DNA from: Octopus vulgaris
Taxonomy: Eukaryota
Length of the DNA stretch: 64,000 nt
Reading direction: 5' to 3'
Assembly (NCBI GenBank): GCA_951406725.2
Contig: OX597815.1
Location: forward strand, 114,700,001 to 114,764,000
Part shown: one piece after another, positions 1-12,740 of the stretch
Layout: each line of letters begins with the position of its first letter
How positions within the stretch are numbered: the stretch's first letter is position 1
Notes under the pieces: model-generated
The model's database searches: none
Told to the model about the DNA's origin: nothing
The model's input: the letters and a program-made list of their open reading frames with translations, nothing else
Position numbers and translations under genes: made by a program

Positions 1-157
1 CAACCCCAGTGCTTGATTGGTACCTATTTTTATTGACCCCAAAAGTATGAAACGCAAAGTTGACCGTGTGGTATTTGGACTCAAAATGTAAATATGGACA
101 AAATGCCACTAAGCATTTTTGTCTGGCATGCTAACACTTTGGCCAGCTCACTGCCTT
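1..157 (-). mobile_element. tRNA-derived SINE, family A (GAGCTGGCAGAA head), partial
   Basis: Same sequence family as copies at 23720, 31940, 49245 and 54346. Confidence 0.7.
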
Positions 158-567
158 CATATATGGTAATAATGAGAAAGGAACTTCAGATAAAACATTA
201 AAAAAGTGTGCACTATTTTTTAATATATTTGAACCATGCTTCAATTAGTTTTAAATTAGAAGCCAATTAAGTGTTTCTTTTGCTGAGTATTTGACACACT
301 AAGCTACTTTTTTAATGTAAATAGCATATTTTACAGAAACTAAAATTCAAGAAGAATGTTAGCTCACACATTGAAAAAGAAAGTGTTATATTAAAAAATA
401 TCTGCAAATTTCTCTATTACTGAAAATCCCAAGTTGAAAGTGCCACCTATAATGATGTATATAGCTTTTGAAATAAAATTTACAAACAAAAATACTTGAA
501 TAATGTGTAAATACTAAAATTCAACAAGTAAATCGATGCTTTAAACTTAGAACTATTAAATGTTTAC

Positions 568-596
568 CTGCAGAGAGTGGACCAAGCTTTTTCCAT
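568..596 (-). CDS. MED14: MED14 29-nt micro-exon
   Basis: (D)GKSLVHSLQ, corresponding to human DGRALVHSMQ; TTTGTAG acceptor and GTAAAC donor. Confidence 0.92.
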
Positions 597-3165
597 CTAC
601 AAAAAAATATTTTAAAAAAGTATAGAATGATTAAGAGAAATATAAAATGAACAGGTGATAGGTCTAATTTCGTATGAAAATATTAAATTGAAAGACTATA
701 ACAACTCTTAAGATTAATTAATTCTACATGTTTCAATCAATTTTCAAATAAATATCTTTAAGGGATTACATTCTTATTTTAATTAAACAGTTTCAATTAA
801 TTGTTGCTGATGAGCCCTATATTGGCTTTAACTAGTCAGATCAAATATCAAAAGCCTCCCAGACATGACCAACCTCTTTATTTTACCCAAGGCAGAGTGT
901 AGCTGAAGTCCAGTGTTCAAAGTATCTTTTTGTAAAGACAGTATGAGCTAAAGAAGATTTAGCTGATAGTTCTAACAGTTCAAGCAACTATACAGCGTCT
1001 CCCACACTGTATGACATATGACATGGGACTAGTCATAGATATTTATGCTTATTTTCATATTTGATAGCAAGTATTTAAAGAATTGAAAGATTCAGTAGTT
1101 CAAATTGATAAGCTGCCAGCCTAGACATGGCCACCCAGTCCTTTTCCTAGGCATAGCATACCAGGACATAATCTAATTTGTCCTATTTTTAAGACAGTAA
1201 AGTGTGATATGAGGAAAATTTAGCTGCTAATTCCAGCAATTTGTGCAAGTGTTTGTATTCTAATACCAACAGTTGCCGTTTCTGCAGTCAAATCATTTTA
1301 TTTGTATTGGTCATGCCTAAGCAAGCCACGTAAAATTGTAGTCATAGCTGATGCCAGTGTTGCATAATTGGCACCTGTGCAGGTAGCATGTAAAAAGCAA
1401 CCTTCGAACATTGGGTCTCGTGGAGGCAGTGACAAGGGACCAAGACCTATGGCAATATACTGTGCTTGAGAGGACCTGTCAAGCCAAATGAGATCATAGT
1501 CATGGCTGATGCTGGTGTTATGTAACTGGCACTCATGCCAGTGGCACATGAAAAGTACCAACTACACTCTCAGAGTGGTTGGTGTTAGGAAGGGCATCCT
1601 GCCATAGAAACCATGCCAAAGCTTACCAGTTTTTCAGTCAAACTGTCCAACCCATACTATCATGGAAAACAGGTGTTAAATGATGATGAGCTAAATTTGA
1701 GAAAGTACAGCGTCGTTAGCTTACAGTGCTAAGCTTAAGTCACTATATGGCAACCCTAGGGAAATATCAATACCTTTTTCATTGAATACTTCACTGATGT
1801 CCCTATAGATGATTTTTTTAATACACAAATCACTAGGGATAGTCTACAACTCAAAAATGATCCTTTAACTTAGTGCATCACTAAATTTGCCCTGCAATAT
1901 TCTTTCTATTTGGCTTCCTATATTCTGAAGAACATTTCTAAAATTATGCTTTTAACATTTTTATAGAGAAGCTTCAAGAACATTTGTGGAATCTTGGTTA
2001 TTCAACATTTATTTGTTTTAACTAGGTTAACTGCCATATCAATTGTCTACCATTCTTCTGGTGTCAAAAAAACTTCAATCTTTCAAATTTCTTGTGAATT
2101 TCACACAAATTCTTAAAATCTCCTATTGCTTGGGATTTTTTGAGAAGTAATGGAAACATTTCAAAGAGATATACTGGCTTTGATTCAACAGTCTATAGTT
2201 CTACCCAAAAAATTTTGGCTTTTTGTCAAAACATAAATCAATATTAAAAAAGAATAAAAATCAATCTATATCAGATATCAATATGTATAACTTGATTAAG
2301 AGAAATATTTAAACAATACCAACCACCAGTTTGATGATCTTCTACCAAAATAGCAATGTCTAGTAATCGCCATGGTATAGTAGGACTATCTCCCATCAGA
2401 GTTAGTGTCACCTGAATCACAATACATCAAAATTATTCTTACAGGTAACAAATACTCCAGAAAGAATACATCAAGATAAAGTCACAACATCAATCAAGAT
2501 ACTAAAATTAGATAACCTTTCATTTTTAATACAAAGAAACTGAATTAAAACATCAATATGACTACATTAAAATATGTTGAATGTATATAGAAGTTAATCT
2601 ATCTTAATACTGCCTCTTTAGAAATAAACACTTCTATCTAAAGACAGATACTAATTAAACTTACCTCAAATTCATGTTCCACAAGAAACTTTACTCGACC
2701 ATTTTCTAAACAATAAACAAAATAAGGAAAATCAATTTTAACTATAATATAGGATAATACATTTGATTAAAAACTTCAACAAGATTTAAAAATTAGGTTA
2801 GTAAAATATAACTGATAGTTCACAAGAAAATTGAAAAGTAGAATAGGCATAGAAAAAAGATTAAGCATTTCATCAAAGAGTTATCCTGTGTTTTGATTTA
2901 TTTTTTTAAAAACTTTCCATCAACAGATTTTGAAAAGACCCAAGATTTCAGTAGACAATCTTTTATCTTGTTTTTGTCATTAGATTAGGCCATGCTGAAG
3001 GGTTTAATGAGACAAATCAACTCCAGTAATTTTTTTTTCTGAAATCTGGTACTTATTCTATCAGTTTCTTTTGCCAAAACACCAGTCAAGTGGAGGTGGT
3101 GACAAATGCAACACTTACACACACACACAAACAGATATGTGTGAGTGTGTGCGTGTATGTATATA

Positions 3166-3201
<36 letters not shown>

Positions 3202-6200
3202 ATAATGTATGTATGTGTATCATTGTCGTTTAACGTCCACTTTCCATGTTGGCATGGGTTGGACGGTTTGACTGAGGACTGGCAAGACAGGAGGCTGCAC
3301 TAGGCTCCAATCCCATCTGACAAAGTTTCTACAGCTGGATGTCCTTCCTAACACCAACCACTCCGAGAGCATAGTGGGTGCTTTTTATGTGCCACAGGCA
3401 CAGGAGCCAGTCAGGTAGCACTGGCATCAACCACACTCAAATGATGCTTTTTACATGCCACCGCCAAAGGAGCCAGTCAGGTGGCACTTGTGTGTGTGTG
3501 TAAATATATATATATATATGTTTCTACCTATCAAATCCACCCACAAGGCTTTGGTCTGCCTTAGAGTTTGTAGATGGCACTAGCCCAAGATGTCACACAA
3601 TGGGACTGAACCCAAGAAAAACATGATTGGGAAGCAAGCTTCTTAACCACACAGTCATGCTTCTGTCTAAGAAAATAATGGTTTTTAATTTAAGCACAAA
3701 GCCATCAGTCCTTAGAAGAGGAGCTTAGTTGATACTACTGACACCCATACTTGGTAAAGTTGACCTCAGCAGGATTTGAACACAGAATATAAAGAATCAA
3801 AAGAAAAACTGTAAGGCAGTGTTTCCAATGCTCTAACAACACTGCTAGTTCAATGCCTTGTTGCCATATTTGCCATTGAGAACAAAAAAAAAACATGGAT
3901 TTGTGATCGTTTTTGATAAAAGAGTGGCTTGTCATCTTTTTATGATGCTGATTACTACTCTTCAGATTCCCTACATATAACAATCTATGGAAAAATTTCA
4001 TTTATGAGAAAAAGCTACTTTTATTTGCTTTAAGTTTTATACCAAATACCAACTGTAGAGGTATGATTTAAAATAAATTTAAAAAGTGAAATAAACATGA
4101 GGAAAACATGTTTCCATAGAGCATAGAAAGTTAGCACAGACCTAATTTGAAACTATTTAATTAGTATATGAACTTAATGACACTTAGGCCCAGATCAACC
4201 CAAATGAGCAGAACTATGATCAAAGGCCCTTCAGTTGTGATTACCCTGTTTGCTTGCACATCAGAGATTAAACTAGCCAAATGTATATATACTATTTTTA
4301 AAGATGGTTATGATTTGAGAAAGGTTTAGTTGCTATTTCAAGCATTTGAGTAAGTACATAGATGCCCACATTGGCACATGACCTTGTTCTATAAAGACAC
4401 ATAGTAATGTGTCTATATTATGAAACTCAAAAGAATATTAGTATGTTTTTACAGCACCCACCTAAGCTCACAATTTAGCATTGAATATATAAAAATCAAA
4501 TTAATAATTTAAAGCAATGTAAAAAAACAACCATAAAATAATAATTCAGATGTATGAACATACCTATTTTTAGACGTCTCATTTGTGGAGGAAGCTCACT
4601 GCACACTAACCGATACTCTATAACTTGACTCAATCTTTGTAAAGTGAGGCGTTTCTCTGTCACTGTTATTGGATCAACAGGAACAATTTTGTCCTAAAAA
4701 AGGCAAAGATATTTCTTTTCTGTCAGAACACTCTTGAAGGAAACATTTTATTAAAAACTTCATTTATGTGAAGGTTAGTTGAAAAGTTCATAGGCTGGCC
4801 AAGATGCTCTCACAGAATGTGATCAAATGAAATTTATTTTTCAAGATAGTCCCCATTGCAGTCCAAACACTTCTCCCATTAATATGTTAGTCCTTGGATC
4901 TCATTGAAGAAGCTTTTCATCTTGTTGGTCAAAAAAGTCATCAACAGCAGATATATCGTCATCACTGAGATACAAGTTCCCAGCCAAGTGTTTTTTCGTG
5001 TTGGGAAACAGATGATAGTCAGATGAGGCCAAATTAGGAGAATATGGAGGATGATCAACCAGTTTAAAACATAATCATGCACAGAAATAATGCACTTATT
5101 ATTAATAAGAGTTGAAATTAATGCATGGAAGATTTCACAGCTCTAGCATCACTCCTTCATGGTCAGCCTATCAACTTTCCAGCCCACCCTTGTAAAATTT
5201 TATAAAGATTTTCTTTTAATTTGAATAAAGCCAAATTTATTAAAAAGAAAAGGGTGTAATAGATTGACTCTACCCTAATATATTACCAGTATTTATTTTA
5301 TAAATGTCAATATCAATGGATTTAAATTGAAAATAGGGAGAAAAAGCTAAATACTTTAATGTATTCAGTTTGACACTACTAGTTCACCAGCCGTTTTATA
5401 ATAATAGTTGAATTAGTAATGATATCACAATATATTCACTTCAAATATAAAATAAGATATTTTTTTGTGCTACAATAAAAATGGTTATTGTAGTGAATTT
5501 ATATTTTGCAGTATAGCAGTACTAATTACATTATAGATATATCACAAACAGAGGCACATGGCCTAGTGGTTAGAGCAGTGGACTCACGGTCGAGGGATCG
5601 CGGGTTCGAATCTCAGACTGGGTGATGTGCGTGTTTATGAGCGAAACACCTAAGCTCCACGCGGCTCCGGCAGAATGTAATGGCGAAACTTCTGCTAACT
5701 CTTTCGCCACAACTTTCTCTCACTCCTTCCTCCTGCATCTTGCAGCTCACCTGCGACGGACCGGCGTCCCGTCCAGGTGGGGAACCTATACACCAAGAAA
5801 CCGGCCCTTATGAGCCAAGCATGGCTTGAGAAGGAACAAACAAAATATCACAAACAAAAATAAGAGCAGTAGTTGATCTTACTCGAATGCAGGTTGGTAA
5901 TCTGGGGTATGTCCCAGTTGTTAAGACATCAACAGCATAAGGCAACGGAAAGTTTGGAAGACTAAAATGTAAAGAAAACAAAACAGACTGTATTCACCAG
6001 CTAGCTCTCACTTTCATTCAGTACAAGTTACAATGGTTAGGCAAATTAATATCATATCAGTCTCTAAATGTGAAAGTGATCAAATTCATATGCTACCAGT
6101 ACAACTTTATTATGAAGGGGTTAAGTTACAGAAATTCCCTAACCCAGTAGAGTATTTAAGAGAAACTAATAGAATAGCACTCACTTCCTAGCTGAAAGGT

Positions 6201-9200
6201 TTGCATTCTGTTACAGGAAAATAACTTTTGTTTAGCAAGTTAAATGCATTTTCGCTACAGCTGTTTTTCTTCACCTGATCATCCTCATTGTCATTTACAG
6301 TCCCTTTTTCCATGCTAGGATGCTAGGATGATAAGAAAAGATGAGCCAGGGGGCTCTATGTCTGCTTTTTTACAAATGTCAGTAACATGTTGTAAATGAT
6401 CAGTTACTGATGATCTAGATGGAGAAGCTGGATCCAAACTCAAAAACATACGTAGACACCAAAATACCTGTAACATCACACATCATTCAAAATTTTGTAA
6501 ATGTTGCCAATAATTTGCAGTGGAACCCAGGAATAAACTAACTCCAACTTGTCTCTACTAAAGCAAAACTACTTAATATATACTAGGCAGCAAACAAGTA
6601 CATATCTGATTTAGCACAATGTAGTATATTATCCAGTGTGTTCCCAAACCAAACTAAAACAGGTTATATCTGAGGAGAAATATCCATAATGTTATTTTCT
6701 GGGAAAGGAGAAATCATTGCCACAAAAATTAGGAGTTGTAAGCAATAATCACTGATAAGCTTGTTATAAACATTGACAAATAACAGTAATAATTTTTGCA
6801 GGACAAGAAAACTTATTACAACAGGATATAAAGAAAGGCCACAATTTTCTTTGTCAAAGACAGAAAAATGAAGAAAAAGCACAAAGCACACTGAACTTAC
6901 CGAGCATTAACTAAAGTTTCTCTCGCCATTCTGGCCATAGCATCAGCTGTTTCTACAAACAATAATGATTGCTGTTCCAAAAAGTTGCATATTTCCTACA
7001 AATATCAAATTCATTTTAGACGTTGCAAAGGTATCAAAACAAAATGTTAACAGCTATAATACTGTAACATTTAATGTAAACATGTACACAATATAACAGA
7101 TGCTACTAAAGATAAATTGATAACTTTCTATTAATTAAGGTATGGAACAATGGCATTAGGTATATGAATTGGGTAACTATATGATGATAATAGTTCATCT
7201 GTCAAATCTGATGATGACCTAGTGACTGCTAAAACTATAACATATAAGAGAGAAATAAGGAAAACCAAAGAAGATGCCTCAAGTTATTATGTTCAACTAC
7301 GGTGATCAATGAAGACAATAACTTTGACCACACAGCACGTCAGCAGAAGAGGCAACCATGCAACAGACTGGAGAATCACTACTGCTCCTATATATATATA
7401 TATACACAATACTTTTCAATTGCCTGGGCTACTGAAGTGACTATTTCAGTCACAAACATGTGATGAAAGGTCTGTCATTGGCTCCAAGCAGTTTCACTAT
7501 CTACTTTGACATTTTTATTTTTATTTTGTTAATGTAGAGATTAAAAAAAAAGCATTTACTTGCTTTTAAATGAAGTTAGTACATACTTATTTTTATATTT
7601 TCATAAACTAGCAATATATGATGTTGTCTGATAGTTAGTAGTGTTTGATAGGATATTTATCTTGATGGTTAGTTTAAAGATTATGGCTTAGAATGCCAAA
7701 AAGCACTTTGCACTTGAAGTAAGCGATTTTGCTATAGAACAGCTGACAAATGAAGACAACTTATTAGAAGGATGTAGCGTCAAAGATTTATCTGTGATAA
7801 GTAGTAAAAAAAAAAAAAGCAAGAAGCAAATGTGCTGAGTATTGTAGAGGTAGTAGAATCAATAAAACAATGTGGATTAAATAAAGGATAAGTTAATTAA
7901 ACAGAGAGAAATGAAATTAGAAATAATCATTGAAGTTTTCCCTTTATTTGCAATTTTCTTCTTTTAAATCTCACTAATTCTAACCTTGAATATATATTGT
8001 TTTAATTAGGAAAATAGCAAATGAATTGTCTGGATAGTGTAATATAAATGGTTACTTAGCAAATAGAAAATTGTTTGCACAAGTGACAAACATAAAAAGG
8101 ATTACAATACAAATGACTGTGATTGATGTTTTATATGATAAATAAGCATAGGTATTCATAAAGGTAGCACAAATCATCAACATCATCAAGTAACAAACTA
8201 ATTCCAAAATAAATATTGGGTTAGAGTAGACAGCAGTTGTCTTAAAAATCTCTCAACAAATGTATTTGAATTCTTAAGAAAGAAATCGTATAAGTGACAA
8301 AAAATTTACCCCGCATTTATCCACTTTACTAGCGCTATTAGCCCACTTCACCAAGGCCAAGAGGCGAACAAATAACTGGCGTGTTCTCTGTGAAAACTGG
8401 ACAATCTCTATTTTTCTGAAATAAACAAAAATAATAAATATATAAAATAAAACAGGACATCTATGCAACAAGTTTACTCAATATGTGAAAGCAATTTTAA
8501 TGTTTACACTATACCTAAAACACACCACAAACATTGATAAACCCAAAACCTCAAAGTTGTTCTCTTTTAGCTTAGCGAAATTACTTTAATATTATCATCT
8601 TTCAACAAGACTAAATATGAAATAAAGTGTTAATGTAAACTCTATTAAATATCATAGACAGTATTATACACAGATGGATGAAGAAATTCTAAGAACAGGA
8701 AACCAGCATCAAAGACAAACCATGCAGTGGAGGACCATCAATTGCAACCAACGATATGAATCACCAGCAACAGAATAAATTGATTCAGGCAGACAAATGC
8801 ACCACAACCTGTGAACTTGCTACACGACTGAACTGTTGTCATAATACATAGGAGATGATGGATGACTGAGTATCAGAAAGTGTGTATAAAGTGGCCAGCT
8901 TGGTTGATGAGACAAGATTTGAAGGAGAGAAAGGTGAAAGTCTGCTTCAATCAGCTGTAAGTATTTGAAGCCACTGAAAACATGGTTTTTGCCCACTTTT
9001 ACCTTACTTCCAGTACAACCTTTGTATATAGTGATCCCTCGCTACTTTGCGGTTCAACTATCGTGGATTTTAAATATATATATAACTCCTAAGATTTTTC
9101 ATTAAATCCATTAAAATATTAATAATAATTATTATTTCCTAGTCTAGGAACAACAAAACAAGCGTAAAATAGCAAAAAAGCATATACAGGGGTATTTGAA

Positions 9201-10968
9201 CTTAAGACAGGCTGTAATTATGGCAATGGAGAAAGACAACGAATCACAGCTTTCTATTTTGTAATCTGGCCTGTAATTGGTGCTTTGATCAATGCTCAGA
9301 TCCACAGCATCTTCCCTTGTCTCTCTCTTGCGGCCATTTCACTTCAAGCTTTCTCGCCGAGTAGTTTACTGTACTAAATTATGCTGTGCTGTGTGTGATT
9401 TTTTTTTTTTTGTTTCTTTGCGTTGAACTTTGTGTTTTGGAAGAAGTGGAAGAGATGTCCCAGGAAAGGGCACCGCCGTCAGCTTCATCATCATCACTGG
9501 TACTGTGCAACAAATTCATGACCATCATCATTCAAATTTGACTTCAGCTTCTTTTGTGTTGAGTACAGTAACAATCTTTATTTTTTTTAATCTAAAGTGT
9601 CATTGCTTAACAGTTGTCCTTGTTATTAATAGACTGCTGTAATGGGTGGGTTGTTAACAGTACAGGGGGGGTTTTAAAAGTCCAAATACACGTTAAATAA
9701 ATACTGTAAATATGGTGTCCCTACTTCGCGGAAATTCAGTTATTGCAGCCGGTCTCAGAACCAATCTACCGCGATAAACGAGGGATCACGGTACACTCAA
9801 TTTCTACATCTAGATTTCTCCATAACTCTCTTTCACCCATCACCAACAACTTCTTTCAAGACAAATAAGTATTACCCATGCCATTAAAATATTAATGGAA
9901 AAAAATGTATTATTTACCGTTCCATATCTGATTTTCGTGGAAGCCTGTAAAATAAAATTTTTAGAAAATTAAGATATTTGAACAATTAAGATATTTTCGT
10001 TATGCAAATTATATTTGAGCCTAACATAAAATAATAGCAACACAAGTGTTTCCTTGAGACAAGAAAGTTGGGGAGCAAGAAGTGTGGCTCTTTGAACAAA
10101 ATAACAGTCTATCAACAACAGTTATCCCAGCTGATAGAAGAACTGAGACCTCAAAATGAGTAATCTACTGCTAATGAAATATCAGCAAGCGAGACAATCT
10201 CATAATCCATATAAGTACTACACATTTACCATATCCACAGCAATCACATTACTGACTGGATGAGAATCTTTGAAGCACTCTTCTCCAGCCAAATACTCTT
10301 CCTGATGCCTATCCTTATTTATTTTCAGATGAAGTACTATGTTCAGATAGGGTTCTTCTTCAACATTTAAAATTGTAACATTTGGATAAATGTGAAAGTC
10401 AATAAATTTTATTTGAGCTTACAAAATCCAAAACATACATATAAATCCTTAAGAGTGATGGTTATACATTGGGCCTCATGGAAGCAAAATGGCCGAGCTC
10501 CCTACGAGTGTTGAAGCCTCACAGAAGCAATGACCAAGACCTTTGGCATTATGTTATGTTTGAGAAGAAGACCTGTCAAGCCAAGCAAAATCGTGGCCAT
10601 GGCAGATACCAGTGTCACGCATATGGCATCCATACCGGTGACATATAAAAGCACCCATTACACTCTTGGAGTGGTTGGAAAGGCATCCAGCCATAGAAAA
10701 CCATGCCAAATCAGACTGGATCTTGGTGCAGCCTTCCAGCGAGCCAACCCAGGCCAACATGGACAATGGACATTAAATGACGATGATAACATGAATAACT
10801 TATGAATAACAAAATATACACTTACAATTCTGACAGTACAGACATTTCTGCATAAGTTCTTTGAATAATATAGTCAATAAGAGTGTTAAGTGCAATACTT
10901 CCACCTCCAGTACCTCCCCCTTGTGACGGACCAGTCGGCATAGGAAGCTGACTGTCAATGGGGGACAT
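568..10968 (-). CDS. MED14: Mediator complex subunit 14, 5' part (9 coding exons in window; gene continues past left edge)
   Basis: Spliced exons total 738 nt (246 codons), all with GT-AG boundaries and compatible phases. Translation [10 protein letters not shown]...[67 protein letters not shown]...[21 protein letters not shown]...[27 protein letters not shown] matches the MED14 N-terminus as I recall it. Confidence 0.97.
1320..1689 (+). mobile_element. RTE LINE 3' UTR fragment
   Basis: Matches the 3' UTR of the RTE at 42732-45170; ends in (GAT)n. Confidence 0.8.
2324..2411 (-). CDS. MED14: MED14 coding exon
   Basis: [29 protein letters not shown]; donor GTTGGT gives the phase required by the next exon. 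Confidence 0.93.
2665..2705 (-). CDS. MED14: MED14 41-nt coding exon
   Basis: (E)[13 protein letters not shown]; donor GTAAGT. Confidence 0.94.
2960..3660 (-). mobile_element. tRNA-derived SINE, family B, with an RTE 3' tail (3220-3489) nested in its (TG/TA)n tract
   Basis: SINE head at 3520-3660, SINE tail at 2960-3120, RTE tail between microsatellite halves. Confidence 0.7.
4564..4693 (-). CDS. MED14: MED14 coding exon
   Basis: [43 protein letters not shown]; donor GTATGT. Confidence 0.95.
4767..5192 (-). mobile_element. Internally deleted mariner element
   Basis: Imperfect terminal inverted repeats of about 30 bp (AAAAGTTCATAGGCTGGCCA / TGGTCAGCCTATCAACTTT) near TA. Minus strand reads [25 protein letters not shown], the mariner YSPDLAPxD motif. 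Confidence 0.85.
5551..5844 (+). mobile_element. Young tRNA-derived SINE, family C, with 12-bp TSD
   Basis: A box TGGCCTAGTGG, B box GGTTCGAATC, (CAAA) tail; perfect TSD ATATCACAAACA at 5539-5550 and 5845-5856. Confidence 0.88.
5883..5961 (-). CDS. MED14: MED14 coding exon
   Basis: [26 protein letters not shown]; donor GTAAGA. Confidence 0.96.
6901..6995 (-). CDS. MED14: MED14 coding exon
   Basis: [31 protein letters not shown](R); donor GTAAGT. Confidence 0.95.
8310..8415 (-). CDS. MED14: MED14 coding exon
   Basis: [35 protein letters not shown]; AG/GT boundaries. Confidence 0.96.
8640..8945 (+). mobile_element. Degenerate mariner transposase N-terminal fragment
   Basis: [14 protein letters not shown]...ELATRLN...YQKVCIKW resembles the mariner DxPRSGRP and KVCARWVP motifs; stops present. 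Confidence 0.6.
9029..9791. mobile_element. Tigger/pogo-like non-autonomous DNA transposon
   Basis: TIRs (C/T)AGTGATCCCTCG...GCGG / CCGCGATAAACGAGGGATCACGG flanked by TA on both sides. Confidence 0.8.
9918..9944 (-). CDS. MED14: MED14 27-nt micro-exon
   Basis: (L)LPRKSDME(R); TTACAG acceptor and GTAAAT donor; phase 2-2. Confidence 0.93.
10467..10790 (+). mobile_element. RTE LINE 3' UTR fragment
   Basis: AAAAGCACCCATTACACTC...GGACATTAAATGACGATGAT, the family tail. Confidence 0.8.
10826..10968 (-). CDS. MED14: MED14 first coding exon (exon starts at 10996 with 5' UTR)
   Basis: ATG at 10968; [47 protein letters not shown]; donor GTAAGT; upstream acceptor TTTTTTTCAG. Confidence 0.92.
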
Positions 10969-11579
10969 CTTGGCAATTCAAAGTTACAACTCACAGCTGA
11001 AAAAAATAAAAGATAAATATAGATGAATTTAATACAAAGCAAAATGTAAATCTTTTAAAACCAGTGAAAAAAACAGTTTAAAACCATTAATAAATTTTTT
11101 TTTTTAATTACTGTCATTAATGGTTTAAAAGACAATACAGATTCTTGTACGTTAGTGAATACTTGAGTTATGGCAGCACTTGATGCAGATATGCAGTCAA
11201 CTTTTCAAATGGTAGTTTCCTGCTGTAAACACCCACAAATGAAACAATGTCCCTTATCAGAACATAGGCTATGTTGTGCCTTTTTTTGTTTACTTACACT
11301 GATCTCTGCTCTTACATTGCCATTTCCTATATTTTGGGATTAACCAAGCAGATTTTTGTCACATTTGCATGTGTCCTAGTAACAAAGAGCACCATAAGAT
11401 AGACCCTTTCATACATACCATGTATTGTTTGGCATGGGAAAATGCTGTTGTTATAGACCATTTTGCAAATATTGTTAATCTATTTTTTTAAATTTACAGG
11501 AAGCTCTCATTTTTATCTCGATAACATAAATACAAGATAATGTTATAATAGTGTATTTATATTATAATGTTACTGTAAA

Positions 11580-11901
11580 AAAAAACCTTTGGTCATACAA
11601 TTGCACCTAGAAAGTTCCCCTCCAAAGTACAAGTCCGGGCAAGCTTGTTTATGGAAGAACAGAGTCACTCATGCATACCAACCTCCCCTCTCCATGACAT
11701 TGATGTATCCAAGGGAAAGGCAAAGGCTGATACAGCTTGGCACCAGTGATATCACAACTCATTTCTACAGCTGAGTGAACTGGAGCAATGTGAAACAAAC
11801 TGTCTTGTTCAAGAACACAACACAGCCCAGTCCAGGTATCAAACTTACTAACGCATGATTGTGAACCCCTATGCTCTAACCACTGAGCCATACACCTTCA
11901 C
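11580..11901 (-). mobile_element. tRNA-derived SINE, family D (Meta-domain-like core), with 14-bp TSD
   Basis: TGGCTCAGTGG A box; same family as 45438-45773; TSD AATG(T/C)TACTGTAAA at 11566-11579 and 11902-11915. Confidence 0.85.
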
Positions 11902-12357
11902 AATGCTACTGTAAATATGAGAAAATATGAAAGACAAAAGGAATTATAATCATCTACATAAGACGGACACAAAGCATTTTTAGATGTTTAAATATCTGCT
12001 CAACTGACCATTTTCCCAACATCTCTGTCATCCATAAATAGATTTAAAGCATCAGGCTGATGGAAATCAAACACTAACCAAAACAGTTGGTACTCATAAT
12101 TCTTTCTACTATAGGCACAAGTCCTGAAATCTTGGGGAATGTGGCTAGATGGTTACATCAACCTCAGTGCTTGACTGATTCTTACTTCATCAACCCCAAA
12201 AAGGCTAAAAGGCAAAGTAGACCTGGGGAACATTTGAACTCAAAATGTAAAACCAGAAATGACATTAAGCATTCTGTCCAGAGCAGTAATGGTTCTGTCA
12301 TCTGATATAATATGTCTTTCCTCTCCCAGTTAGTGTGCCAATCCTTTTTAGAACAAG

Positions 12358-12740
12358 GCACAGGCATGGCTCTGTGGTAAGAAGTATGCATCCCAAACAC
12401 ACTGTTCTGGATTCAGTCTCATTGCATGGCGACTTGGACAAATGTCTTCTCCTATAGCCTTAGGCCAATCAAAACTCTGTGAGTGGACTTGGTAGATGGA
12501 AAACTGAAAGTAGCTCATCATGTATATATGTGTCTTCTTTCTGTGTTTGTCCTCCACCATCACTTGACAACCAATGTTGGTTTTTTACATCTTCATAACA
12601 TAACAGTTTGGCAAAAGTGACCATAGAAAAAATACCATGCTTAAACAAAAATTAAGTACTAGAATCAATTCATCAGACTAAAATTCTTCAAGCCAGTGCT
12701 CCAGCATGGCCACAATCTAATGAATGAAACAAGTAAAAGA
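12358..12740 (+). mobile_element. tRNA-derived SINE, family B, full length
   Basis: GGCATGGCTCTGTGGTAAGAAG head, GTGGACTTGGTAGATGGAAACTGAAAG core, CCAGCATGGCC...GAAACAAGTAAAAGA tail. Confidence 0.8.

Noticed and set aside
5551-5622. tRNA gene (also the heads at 11830-11897 and 45438-45510)
   Set aside because: A/B boxes run into SINE bodies with tails (and TSDs in two cases); no complete cloverleaf or oligo-T terminator
7207-7240. Hammerhead ribozyme core (CTGATGA...AAAC); similar CTGANGA words near 807, 27234 and 63286
   Set aside because: The GAAA box and stems are missing or broken; at most decayed Penelope-type remnants
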